Part shown: positions 16,743 to 26,448 of the stretch, one piece after another
How positions within the stretch are numbered: the first letter of the stretch is position 1
Layout of the letters: the number at the start of each line of letters is the position of its first letter
Assembly: GCA_019429385.1 (NCBI GenBank)
Contig: JAHYIS010000009.1
Span: forward strand, 1,611-65,610
Length of the DNA: 64,000 nt
Direction: 5' to 3'
DNA from: ANME-2 cluster archaeon
Lineage (GTDB): Archaea > Halobacteriota > Methanosarcinia > Methanosarcinales > Methanocomedenaceae
Made by a program: the position numbers and the translations under genes
Notes under the pieces: generated by a model
What the model was told of the DNA's origin: nothing
The model's input: the letters and a program-made list of their open reading frames with translations, nothing else
The model's database searches: none

Positions 16743-19043
16743 TTATGTTTTGCCCTGTTTCATATCATTGAAGAAATTCATCAGCGAGTATTTCACTTTA
16801 TCGGGGTCAACATCAATGATCTCGTGTTGCTCATCTGCCGGGAAGTGGTTGAACACTGAATACTTTTTCCAGCGGCGAAGAGATGCCGTTGTGTAGCGGC
16901 CGTCCAGCAATATACGGGCACCGTAGTCTGAGGGCGAACGGATGACACGGCCCATGGCCTGCCGTACCTTGCGTATCGTTGGTATCTGGATAGCATAGTC
17001 CCAGCCAAGCCCGGGATATTCGTGTTCATAGGCTGATTCAATGGCACGCATCCTGTCGTGTAATGCCGGGTATCCGATACCTATGATGACCACGGTCCTG
17101 CCCCGGTCGTCCTTGTAGTCCACACCTTCGGTCAGTGTACCCCACAGGTAGGAGAATATCACGGCTTTTTTGCCGGACTCGCCTGTCCTGAAGAACTCGT
17201 CCCGTATCTCACCCGAGGATGTGCCAACCTCATCCAGGAAGACCGGCAGGTCGGTGGTGATGCGGTCACGGTACATCCTGGCTTCGTGGTAGCTCTGGAA
17301 GAACAGCAGCACATTCCCGTCACTGTGCAGGATGATATCATCCAGGATCTGGGTGAGCTTTTCTATGGTGGCGGGCTCATCCCTGCTTTTGGCAAACAGG
17401 GGAGGGATATTGATGGCTATGGTCAGCCTGTTCTCTTCAGGGAACGTGATGCCGAACGAGAGCTCCTCGACCGGGCGCCCGATATCCAGGGTTGCCCTCG
17501 CCATGGGGAATGGCTTTAAGGTCGCTGACATGAGCACGGACGAGTACACGGACTGGAACAGGGGAGCAGTAATACTGCGGGGGATACAGGCAACCAGTTC
17601 TATCCTGCTTTCCAGTTCGCCATCCCGCTTTCGTATGTTCAGTATCGGATAATAGAGCGGGTCAGATGAATGTTCCAGGTAGAATGTGACGAACTCTGCA
17701 CTGCGCAGCAACTGTGAACGCTTCCGCCGGTTTGCGTTTCCGGATTTATACTGCTGTTTATTGAACTCATCCAGGTACCTGCCCAGTTCGGCTGCTTCGC
17801 CCAGCAGTTCGCCCAGGTCGGTGATACCGGCTTCCTCTGAGTGCTCCAGTACCAGCCGTAAAAAGTGGTCTTTCCTCTCTTTCGGGTCACATATGCTGAC
17901 ATCCTTCCACGTACCGGACAGGCGCTCCTTCTCACCGAACTGGAGTCTTGTCTCGGTGGCCTCTTTGAGGTGTTTCAATAGCAGGTTGAACAGTATCTCC
18001 ATATCCCTGACCCGGTAGGAATCGCTCATTGCCATGCCTTCGTTGGCAGTCAGTTCTTCACCGGCGTGCTGCAGGCTGTATTCGGGCAGGATGAGTGATG
18101 AGTGGCTCCTGGCTGCGGATTCCAGGTTGTGGGCCTCATCAAATATCAGGATCACATCCTCCATCCCCCGGTCCATCCAGCCGAGCAGGTTGGCAAAGAT
18201 ATCCGGGTTCAGGATATGGTGGAAGTTACATATCAGCAACCGGGCACCGGATACCTGGCGCTTGACCAGTTCATACCCGCACATGCCCCGCTCATGCGCC
18301 CATTCGTTCACTTCCTCGGGCGTGCGCACGTCCTCGTGGTACCAGGAGGTGAAATCGTCACCGGGCCCGAGTGAAAATGCATCCAGTGTTAAAGGGGCCT
18401 GAGGCCTTTCATCCTGCATGACCACGTTGTAGAAATGGGTGCAGTGCCGCTCTTGCAGGTCCTTTATCTGCTTTGCCAGTTTTTCCCGACCTGCCAAAAG
18501 AGTCCTGGAAGTTTCAACGGCAGCATCATCGGGATGGTGCTTCAATTCCTGCTGCAAAACGGCGAGCTGTGCCCTGAGCTGTGATTGCTCTTTTTCCTTT
18601 CCAACGAGTTCAAGGGTATTTTCCCGAAGGACGTTGCAGGTCTCGTAATCTTCATCCCTGGGGCACATGTGCTTCTTCCCCTTGAGCACCACCACATGAA
18701 TGTCATTGTGCTGCTTTATCTCCCTGGATTCATCAATGAACTGCTGCATCTGCTGGTGCACGTTTGTCGCTATGATGACGACTTTATCCAGTTGCTGTGC
18801 AACGTCTATGGAGGGGGAGAGTGCGCTGAGGGTCTTGCCGGTCCCGCATGCACCCTCGAACAGCACCACCTTGCCGGTGTGGAGGGCCTGGTGTATGGAA
18901 TCCATTGCTGCCTGCTGGTTGGGGTAACATGAAGGTTTGGGGAAGAATTTCATGTATTCAGGGGTCATTATGGTAGGATTCAATTTCTTCTTTAAATATG
19001 GTTGGTAATAGCGGGGCGAAACTAATGGATTATTATGGGTCAC
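16743..19043 (-). CDS. xpd: XPD/Rad3-family 5'-3' DNA helicase (Fe-S helicase)
   Basis: Walker A GACGTGKTL and DEAH box IFDEAHNLE. There are four Cys in the Fe-S domain region (MCPRD, ETCNV, HCTHF, GMCGYE). C-terminal helicase motifs are GTLTEGVDY and QAMGRVIRS. Confidence 0.85.
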   Translation of the reverse strand: MTHNNPLVSPRYYQPYLKKKLNPTIMTPEYMKFFPKPSCYPNQQAAMDSIHQALHTGKVVLFEGACGTGKTLSALSPSIDVAQQLDKVVIIATNVHQQMQQFIDESREIKQHNDIHVVVLKGKKHMCPRDEDYETCNVLRENTLELVGKEKEQSQLRAQLAVLQQELKHHPDDAAVETSRTLLAGREKLAKQIKDLQERHCTHFYNVVMQDERPQAPLTLDAFSLGPGDDFTSWYHEDVRTPEEVNEWAHERGMCGYELVKRQVSGARLLICNFHHILNPDIFANLLGWMDRGMEDVILIFDEAHNLESAARSHSSLILPEYSLQHAGEELTANEGMAMSDSYRVRDMEILFNLLLKHLKEATETRLQFGEKERLSGTWKDVSICDPKERKDHFLRLVLEHSEEAGITDLGELLGEAAELGRYLDEFNKQQYKSGNANRRKRSQLLRSAEFVTFYLEHSSDPLYYPILNIRKRDGELESRIELVACIPRSITAPLFQSVYSSVLMSATLKPFPMARATLDIGRPVEELSFGITFPEENRLTIAINIPPLFAKSRDEPATIEKLTQILDDIILHSDGNVLLFFQSYHEARMYRDRITTDLPVFLDEVGTSSGEIRDEFFRTGESGKKAVIFSYLWGTLTEGVDYKDDRGRTVVIIGIGYPALHDRMRAIESAYEHEYPGLGWDYAIQIPTIRKVRQAMGRVIRSPSDYGARILLDGRYTTASLRRWKKYSVFNHFPADEQHEIIDVDPDKVKYSLMNFFNDMKQGKT

Positions 19044-19065
19044 CGGTTAAGAGTAATATTTAGCT

Positions 19066-19150
19066 GAACACGGATTGCACGGATGACACGGATGCGCACA
19101 GATAAAATACAGTTCTGTGAAAATCCGTCGAATCAGTGTCATCCGTGTTC
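19066..19150. repeat. palindromic element built from CACGGAT heptamers
   Basis: Terminal 10-bp inverted repeat GAACACGGAT (19066-19075) / ATCCGTGTTC (19141-19150). CACGGAT occurs at 19069, 19078 and 19087 (9-bp phase), with inverted copies at 19123 (imperfect) and 19141. Confidence 0.7.
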
Positions 19151-19642
19151 TATTTAAACCAAATTGGGGTGGCATAAAAAGGCATTGCTATTTGGAATGT
19201 GATGCAGATTTAGCCAGTCAATCTCGATTATTAATTCTTTTCAATAATCCAGGTGCAATATGCTATTGAGATTTAATACAGATGAATCGTACTTATTAAT
19301 CTTCCATTTCGCGCCTCAGGTCATCAAAGCTGGAATACGTCTCAAAAACGCCATCTTCCAATATTTTTTCCACGTTCTCTCTATATTCAGGACGTAACCT
19401 GTGAAGATCTGCGTTCGTATATACACTAATCTGCAAAACGAGACGATTCTCATATTCAACCCTTTTTAAGAGCAAAAAGATAAATAATTATAACAGTTTT
19501 ATAGAAAATAAGAATTGGTCCTATGGCAAAAATTGAATCCCGTGATCAAGCACCAACAGAAACAAAATCTGGTGTACTTACCAGTGAAGAAAAAAGACAC
19601 CTTGCAGATAGCATGCGGCATAATGACAAGCTTAAGAAACAA

Positions 19643-19981
19643 TTAGCAAGAATGTAATGGGCGTACTTTTTCTCGTAACCATTTTTTAATTTTTTCAACT
19701 GAACATGTATACTCTGCAATTTTAACAAGTGCATGAAGAATCTCTTCATCATTTGCATGAATATGAATTCCATCCTGTCTTAGTAAAAGATCTGCCACCT
19801 GAAATCCTGTTCTTTTATTCCCATCCATAAAAGGGTGACTGTGATTATATTTTGCAACGCAAGGATGCTTTGAAAATGAGATTGTCGGATTACCCCTTAA
19901 ATTCACCCCAAATCCATCCCCTTTTTCATGAATCTCATGATTTTTCAGAAAATAATCCGATTTTTTCATCAAAAAACCCAT
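19643..19981 (-). CDS. Fic/DOC family protein, short death-on-curing (Doc)-like toxin
   Basis: Motif HPFMDGNKRTG matches the Doc-type Fic motif HxFx(D)(G/A)NKRT. At 112 aa, the segment before the motif is shorter than in P1 Doc. Confidence 0.6.
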   Translation of the reverse strand: MGFLMKKSDYFLKNHEIHEKGDGFGVNLRGNPTISFSKHPCVAKYNHSHPFMDGNKRTGFQVADLLLRQDGIHIHANDEEILHALVKIAEYTCSVEKIKKWLREKVRPLHSC

Positions 19982-20025
19982 ATTAACCCATTATTTCCCT
20001 CAATATTCTCGAATTTCCCTTATTT

Positions 20026-20970
20026 TCAACACTTTTTTAGATCGCATACGCTACCAATAACATTTGCAAGCCTCTTAACATTAACAACAATAGCAGTGAT
20101 AATAAATTGGACATTCACCTTCTGCAGACCCCAATATCTTGCTCTTCCCATCCCATGAAATCTCTTCATCTCAGCATTCTTTGGTTCGATATGTGCTCTT
20201 TCTTTCATATCATCCTTAAAATCCTGGGTTTTATTGTATTCTTTCGCCTCCATCATCAAATCATGATGTTTCCCTATGGCGATAGTCCTTCTCTCCTGTT
20301 TTGCGCATTGATCTTTTAGCGAACACAGGCTACAGATTTCTTTCTTGAAATAGAATATTATCGTCCCTTCCTTTTCATTATAGTTTGAAATCATTGTTCT
20401 GTTCCCAGCGGGACATGTCACCCCAGTTTTATCCAGAATGAATTTATCCTGGGATAGAAGCCCGGTTGGATTGAACCATTTTTGTATCGGAGCAACGACT
20501 GTAATTCCTCTTTGTAACATCTGAAACCTATTTTCAGCACCTCTGTAGTGAGTATCTCCCCTCGTCTTTGATGGCTTAGAACGGTTTTCTGTCCTCTCAT
20601 CTACAAGAGGCAAAAGTACATCTCCGTCATAGGTATTACCAGCAGTCCCGATGATGTTTGTCACAAATCCATCATCTGATTTCGTTATATTGCCCTTATA
20701 TCCTGTGAAAGGTTTTGAATCCGATTTAGCTCCATGTCTTGCATCTTCATTTACAAGACTTACTAATTTGTCCTTTACATGCTCTTTCTTCTTCTGGACC
20801 GTACCATTTTTCTCTTCTATGTTCTCATTCAATATCTTATTCAATTGCTCTATTTTCTGTTTGACTGCTGGTGATTCCAGTTTATCTGCTTTGCCCCTTA
20901 TTGCTCTTGTTTCTTCAACTACATCAACCAGTTTCTTTTTTTTCTCATTGGGTTTCAGAGTATGCAACAT
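20026..20970 (-). mobile_element. 5'-truncated IS1182/IS5-superfamily DDE transposase remnant
   Basis: The C-terminal transposase pattern is DARHGAKS..FTGYK, VTCPAGN, CSLCSLKDQC, ERAHIEPKNAEMKRFHGMGRARYWGLQKVNVQFIITAIVVNVKRL. The ORF lacks the N-terminal DNA-binding region and has an in-frame TAG just upstream. Confidence 0.7.
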
Positions 20971-21111
20971 CTCTTTTTTGTCAGCGGTCTTTTTGCCTCC
21001 CAGTTCTAAATATATATTACTAACAGTTTAAAATATTACGAAAATATAAATAGTTTAACGTAAGAATATTTGTGACTCTTAAAATTTAATAATTGTTATA
21101 GAGGTGACAAC

Positions 21112-21516
21112 ATGAATGAGAGTAAAACTGAAACGGAAACTGAAGTGAAAAATGAAATCGAAAAAACAAGTAAACCTGCGAATAACGATAATGTAATGGC
21201 CGCTGTTGCCTATGTTTTGACATTTATTTCAGGTGCTGTGATTTTCCTGATAGAAAAAGACAAACCAGACAAGAGCAAATTCATAATGTTTCATGCAATG
21301 CAATCTATTGTTTTTGGTATTGCAATAATTATTATCTGGATTGTATTGTCAATTATTTCATTCTTGCCATTTATTGGGGCTTTAATCGCAATGTTAGCAC
21401 AACTAGCCTTATTCATATTCTGGTTATTCCTGATTTACAAAGCCTATTCAGGTGAAGAATATCATATTCCTGTAATTAGCGAATATGCTGTAAAATATGC
21501 TGAACAATACGGTTGA
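21112..21516 (+). CDS. DUF4870-like small membrane protein
   Basis: The pattern NVMAAVAYVLTFISGAVIFLIEKDK..FIMFHAMQSIVFGIA, followed by two more TM helices, is typical of DUF4870/Tic20-like proteins. Confidence 0.6.
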   Translation: MNESKTETETEVKNEIEKTSKPANNDNVMAAVAYVLTFISGAVIFLIEKDKPDKSKFIMFHAMQSIVFGIAIIIIWIVLSIISFLPFIGALIAMLAQLALFIFWLFLIYKAYSGEEYHIPVISEYAVKYAEQYG

Positions 21517-21542
21517 TTTGAACCGTATTTTTTTCTTTTTTT
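21508..21542 (+). terminator. hairpin plus T-tract terminator
   Basis: 7-bp stem TACGGTT/AACCGTA with a 6-nt loop spans the stop codon. It is followed by TTTTTTTCTTTTTTT. Confidence 0.5.
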
Positions 21543-21760
21543 CCGATTTCCAGCCGATTTTATTTTTTATTGTTTCACACCAGCCAAAAAGCATAGTGAA
21601 AAGTATCACTGAAGGTCAAGAATCGCAATAACTGTGACACAATTGTATAATAATAAAATAATTCTAATACTTATGGGAGTAAATACAAACAATATTGGAA
21701 ACCGTTAAATAGGTTTAATAGATGATTTTACATTATAAATACCGAGTGAGGAGGTATAAA

Positions 21761-22777
21761 ATGTTCAACTTACAGAAAATACTGATTATAGCAATTACAA
21801 TGGGAATAGTACTATTATCTGGCTGTACGTCCCCTACTGAAGAGAACGGAGAAACACCAGCTGTTGGTGAATTGAGGTTTGGATATCAACCCAGCACCCA
21901 CCAGATCGCATACATGACCGCCGATACCAAGGGCTGGTGGCTTGAAGACCTGAAACCCTACGGCGTAACTTCCACCAAGGATTTCCAGTTCCCTACAGGT
22001 GCCCCTGAAATGCAGGCCATGCTTGCAGGCGAAATAGATGTAGCCTATGTTGGGGCCACCCCACCCCTATCTGCCATAGACCAGGGTCTTGGAGCAAAAA
22101 TTGTTGCCGGGGCGCAGGTCCAGGGTTCAGACCTTGTACTGGCCACTGACCTGCCCTATGAATCACCACAGGACCTCAAGGGCCTGAAGATTGCTACATT
22201 CCCACCAGGGACCCTGCAGGATACAGTCCTTCGGAAATGGCTTATGGACAACGACATTGATCCAAAGGAAGATGTGACCATACTGGGTATGGGCGGTGGT
22301 GATGCAAAAACTGCACTGGCTTCCGGTAATGTGGACGCTGTATTCCTTCCCCACCCTAATCCAACAATAATCGAGTCTGAAGGTACTGGCAGGGTAGTTG
22401 TGCAGTCAGGTGAGATGTGGGAAAACCATGCCTGTTGCGTGGTACTGGTAAGCGATGAACTGATAAGGGACCATCCGGACCTGGTGGAACAGATAGTCAG
22501 GACGCATATCAGGGCTACCGAATACAATATAGTACATCCCGAAGAAGCCGCCCAGATATTCTCAGATGATATCGGTGTTTCATACGATATTGCAAACAAA
22601 TCAATCCACGATTGGGATGGTAGCTGGGTAACTGACCCCAGTATTGAACTAAATACCACTCTTGAATATGCCAAAGTGCAGTACGACCTGGGATACACAG
22701 ACAAACTGTTGACCCGGGATGACCTTTTTGACCTGAGTTTCTACAATACAATAATGGCTGAGATGGTTGAAGAGTAA
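21761..22777 (+). CDS. ABC transporter substrate-binding lipoprotein (NitT/TauT family)
   Basis: ATG at 21761 preceded by GGAGGT. Lipobox-like LLSGC. The SsuA/NMT1-like fold pattern is LRFGYQPSTHQIAYM. Confidence 0.8.
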   Translation: MFNLQKILIIAITMGIVLLSGCTSPTEENGETPAVGELRFGYQPSTHQIAYMTADTKGWWLEDLKPYGVTSTKDFQFPTGAPEMQAMLAGEIDVAYVGATPPLSAIDQGLGAKIVAGAQVQGSDLVLATDLPYESPQDLKGLKIATFPPGTLQDTVLRKWLMDNDIDPKEDVTILGMGGGDAKTALASGNVDAVFLPHPNPTIIESEGTGRVVVQSGEMWENHACCVVLVSDELIRDHPDLVEQIVRTHIRATEYNIVHPEEAAQIFSDDIGVSYDIANKSIHDWDGSWVTDPSIELNTTLEYAKVQYDLGYTDKLLTRDDLFDLSFYNTIMAEMVEE

Positions 22778-22809
22778 CACTCTTCATCCATTAGCTCTTT
22801 TTACCTGAC

Positions 22810-23589
22810 ATGGATAAAGGCCGGGGCCCCAGAAAACGAACTCTCGAATTAGCATCTGTAGCAACAGCTCTGATTATCTGGGAGATTATTGCACGAATCA
22901 TTAACGTAAAATATATACTTCCCAGCTTCACCAGCGTCGTATCAGCTTTCATTAAACTTGTTCAGGAAGGGGAACTGTACCGCGATATCCTGACAAGTCT
23001 CAATTATTTTGTGTTAGGTATCGGACTGGCCGTTCTTGTGGGCATACCCATAGGCACGCTCATGGGATGGTTTAAAAACGTTGACAGGGCAGTAGATCCA
23101 ATTATTGAGATGATAAGGCCCATCCCGCCCCTGGCATGGATACCTTTTGCCATCCTGTGGTTCGGGCTCACCAAATACGCGGCCGGGTTCGTGATATTCA
23201 TAGGAGCGGTATTCCCCATACTTATCAACACCTATACCGGGTTCAAGAATACACCCCGGGTGCTGGTGGAATCAGGAAAGGTACTGGGATGCACCAGTAA
23301 TAAAGATATTATCTTCAGGATCGCATTACCTTTTGCCCTCCCTTCGATTGCCACGGGTATCAGGGTGGGTATGGGTGTGGGCTGGATGTGTGTTGTGGCC
23401 GCCGAACTTTTCGGGGTCAGTACTTATGGTATTGGCTGGAAGATATGGCACTGGAATGATTTACATCACATGGACCTGGTACTTACCTACATGCTTGTCC
23501 TTGGACTGATCGCCCTCCTCATCGATAGAGTGTTTCGATATCTTGTACAGGAATGGTGGCTTCGATGGCAATCCGGCGTGGTTGTCTGA
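22810..23589 (+). CDS. ABC transporter permease (NitT/TauT family)
   Basis: 259 aa, 6 TM, BPD-transporter EAA-like loop (ESGKVLGCTSNKDIIFRIALPFALP). Confidence 0.85.
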   Translation: MDKGRGPRKRTLELASVATALIIWEIIARIINVKYILPSFTSVVSAFIKLVQEGELYRDILTSLNYFVLGIGLAVLVGIPIGTLMGWFKNVDRAVDPIIEMIRPIPPLAWIPFAILWFGLTKYAAGFVIFIGAVFPILINTYTGFKNTPRVLVESGKVLGCTSNKDIIFRIALPFALPSIATGIRVGMGVGWMCVVAAELFGVSTYGIGWKIWHWNDLHHMDLVLTYMLVLGLIALLIDRVFRYLVQEWWLRWQSGVVV

Positions 23590-23601
23590 CCAGGAGATAC
23601 A

Positions 23602-24363
23602 ATGCTTTCAATACATAACATCAATAAGATATACCACACTGAAGAGGGGGATGAAGTCCCTGCACTTTCAGGTATTAACCTTGAGATGAAAGATAAAGAA
23701 TTTGTCTGCTTTATCGGACCATCAGGATGTGGAAAGACCACATTGCTCAGGATCATAGCAGGACTGGAAAAGCCGGACGCCGGCACGATTACCGTACACG
23801 GCGAGCCAATAAACGGACCCGGGCCTGACCGGGGAATGGTGTTCCAGGAATATTCATTGTTCCCGTGGAGAACGGTGCTAAAAAACATTACATTTAGCCT
23901 TGAATTGAAGAAAATTCCGAAAGTTCAGCGGGAGGATACTGCCAGGCAGTATCTGGAACTGGTTGGCCTGGCAAAGTTCGCTGACAGTTATCCTCATGAA
24001 CTGAGCGGCGGAATGAAACAGCGGGTTGCAATTGCCAGGGCACTGGTCAATGACCCAAAAGTGCTGTTAATGGACGAACCCTTTGGTGCAGTAGATGCAC
24101 AGACCCGCAACAGACTCCAGCAGGAACTACTGAAGATCTGGGAACGGGACAAAAAGACGTTATTATTCATTACCCACAGTGTAGATGAGGCAGTATACCT
24201 GGCAGATAGGGTGGTTGTATTTACATCACCACCGGGTAGGATCAAAGAGATATTCAATGTAGAACTGCCAAGGCCTCGTGACAGGACCAGCGTTGAAGCA
24301 AATGTATTACGTGAACGCCTGTTATCTTCGCTTGGTGCTGAGATGAAAAATACAATAGAGTAA
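23602..24363 (+). CDS. ABC transporter ATP-binding protein (NitT/TauT family)
   Basis: Walker A GPSGCGKTT, signature LSGGMKQR, Walker B LLMDEPFGAVD. Confidence 0.9.
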   Translation: MLSIHNINKIYHTEEGDEVPALSGINLEMKDKEFVCFIGPSGCGKTTLLRIIAGLEKPDAGTITVHGEPINGPGPDRGMVFQEYSLFPWRTVLKNITFSLELKKIPKVQREDTARQYLELVGLAKFADSYPHELSGGMKQRVAIARALVNDPKVLLMDEPFGAVDAQTRNRLQQELLKIWERDKKTLLFITHSVDEAVYLADRVVVFTSPPGRIKEIFNVELPRPRDRTSVEANVLRERLLSSLGAEMKNTIE

Positions 24364-24415
24364 TATAATGTTAAGGTAATATTTTAATATCTTTTATGTG
24401 AAAAATGGTGAAATT

Positions 24416-25930
24416 ATGGAATTAACAGTTCAACCAATTAATATCAAAGTAGGCAAACATAAAGTTGTATTGAACATACTTGATGCAAAAGAACTTGGTG
24501 TAATGGCCGGTGATCGTGTGAAATTGAAAGACCACGGTTACATTACCGCAATTGTGGATACCACTGACGATATAATTCCCCAGGGTACTATCGGAATATA
24601 TCATGAAATTATGGAACACATAAACGGCACCAACAGTCTTGAAATTACTCCCGCTACAAAACCTGCTTCTGTGAGTACCATAAAACACATTATGGACGGT
24701 GGAAAATACACAAGGGAAGATATGTATGACCTGGTGAATGATATTGTAAAAGAGAATCTCAGCGACATTGAGATGACTGCATTTATTACAGCTTCACATA
24801 TGAACTGCCTGCCTGCCGAGCAGACTGAATGGCTGACCAGGGCAATGATAGATACCGGGGAGAAACTTGAGTTCGATACCCATCCCATCATGGACAAGCA
24901 CAGTATCGGTGGAGTACCTGGGAACAAAATATCACTGCTCATCGTACCTATCGTTGCAGCAGCGGGATTGCTCATACCAAAGACCAGCAGCCGGGCCATT
25001 ACAGGTGCCGGCGGCACAGCAGACCTTATGGAAATACTTGCGCCTGTTGCTTTCAAAGGAGACGAGATCAAATCAATGACTGAAAAGGTCGGTGGTGTCA
25101 TAGTATGGGGCGGAGCCACCAATATTGCACCAGCAGACGATAAGCTCATAAGAGTGGAATACCCGTTGTCACTGGACCCGAGTTGCCAGCTCCTGGCAAG
25201 CATCATGGCTAAAAAAGGCGCCGTGGGCGCGGATTGCGTGGTCATCGACATCCCGACCGGTTCTGGTACCAAGATACCTGACGCAGAACAGGGCAGGGCA
25301 ATGGCACGCGGCCTCATTGATCTGGGAGCAAGGTTGGGAATGCAGGTGGAATGCGCTATGACCTATGGCGCATCCCCAATTGGCAGGACTGTGGGCGGAG
25401 GACTGGAAGTGGTAGAGGCCCTTAAAGTGCTTGAATCCATGGAAGGCCCAAACAGCCTCATCCAGAAGAGTGTTGGTCTTGCCGGACTGATGCTTGAGAT
25501 GGGCGGGGCGGCAAGCAGGGGCGATGGCAGGAATATGGCTTATGAAATATTGAAGTCAGGAAAGGCTCTGGAAAAAATGCGAGAGATAATTGAGATACAG
25601 GGTGGAAATCCTGGTATAACTTCAGGTGATATTCCCATAGGGGATAAGACCGCCCAGATATTTGCACCTGCTGATGGGTATATCGTTGAGTTCCATAACA
25701 AACGCATTGTAGAGATCGCAAGACTGGCAGGCGCACCCAAGGATAAAGGAGCCGGTGTGCTGATACATAAGAAGAAGGGCGAGACCGTAAAGAAGGATGA
25801 CCCTATACTAACGATATTTTCAGAAAAAGAATGGAAATTAACCAACGCCATTAACAGCGCCAAAAAGGATTATCCCATAATTGTGGAAGGAATGTTGCTG
25901 GAGACCGTGCGTGGACAACGGGAATTGTAG
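24416..25930 (+). CDS. deoA: AMP phosphorylase (archaeal thymidine-phosphorylase family, DeoA type)
   Basis: About 504 aa with the archaeal N-terminal extension (LTVQPINIKVGKHKVVLN). Glycosyl-transferase family 3 core: DKHSIGGVPGNK, TSSRAITGAGGTADLME. Confidence 0.8.
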   Translation: MELTVQPINIKVGKHKVVLNILDAKELGVMAGDRVKLKDHGYITAIVDTTDDIIPQGTIGIYHEIMEHINGTNSLEITPATKPASVSTIKHIMDGGKYTREDMYDLVNDIVKENLSDIEMTAFITASHMNCLPAEQTEWLTRAMIDTGEKLEFDTHPIMDKHSIGGVPGNKISLLIVPIVAAAGLLIPKTSSRAITGAGGTADLMEILAPVAFKGDEIKSMTEKVGGVIVWGGATNIAPADDKLIRVEYPLSLDPSCQLLASIMAKKGAVGADCVVIDIPTGSGTKIPDAEQGRAMARGLIDLGARLGMQVECAMTYGASPIGRTVGGGLEVVEALKVLESMEGPNSLIQKSVGLAGLMLEMGGAASRGDGRNMAYEILKSGKALEKMREIIEIQGGNPGITSGDIPIGDKTAQIFAPADGYIVEFHNKRIVEIARLAGAPKDKGAGVLIHKKKGETVKKDDPILTIFSEKEWKLTNAINSAKKDYPIIVEGMLLETVRGQREL

Positions 25931-25931
25931 T

Positions 25932-26291
25932 TCAGGCTTCCAGGTATTCTTCCTTTTTCCTGGAATGCTGTTTGACAAGGTCTTTTTCCAGTTTGAATGA
26001 GTAAAAGAAGACCATTGAACCCTCTGGTACATCATCCCAAAGACTCGAATCCACACAACCCTCTCCAAACTCCTCTACTAGACCTTCATAGGTGGCCGCT
26101 TCTATCTTATCGATGTTTATTGCAAAATCTTCCAGCCGCTTGGCCTGGTTGTTCTTTACCCGGTAAACGCCTTTATTGTAGAATTTCGAAGACACAAAGG
26201 TACAGGTACCGTTCTCAAGTACCTCGTCAATCCTGAAAGGGTCCAGATCTATGGTATTTCCGACTCTGGATATGTCAAGCTTTTCTTGCAT
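25932..26291 (-). CDS. hypothetical protein
   Basis: 119-aa ORF with balanced composition. No family recognised. Confidence 0.45.
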   Translation of the reverse strand: MQEKLDISRVGNTIDLDPFRIDEVLENGTCTFVSSKFYNKGVYRVKNNQAKRLEDFAINIDKIEAATYEGLVEEFGEGCVDSSLWDDVPEGSMVFFYSFKLEKDLVKQHSRKKEEYLEA

Positions 26292-26448
26292 GTTGTTACC
26301 ACCAAAAAGATTAAACCTACTACTGCTTAGTATTTCTATTGTAATATAGTCTATTTAAAACATGCGTTTAATGAGAACAAATAGGTTTAATATCTTTACC
26401 AGATATATTCTTTCATTGAATTGCTTGCACGATTCAAGGTGAGATTTT

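Noticed and set aside
19546-19773. 75-aa minus-strand ORF overlapping the Doc-like gene in another frame
   Set aside because: It overlaps the frame carrying the Fic/Doc catalytic motif and has a hydrophobic, low-complexity composition, so it is a shadow frame.
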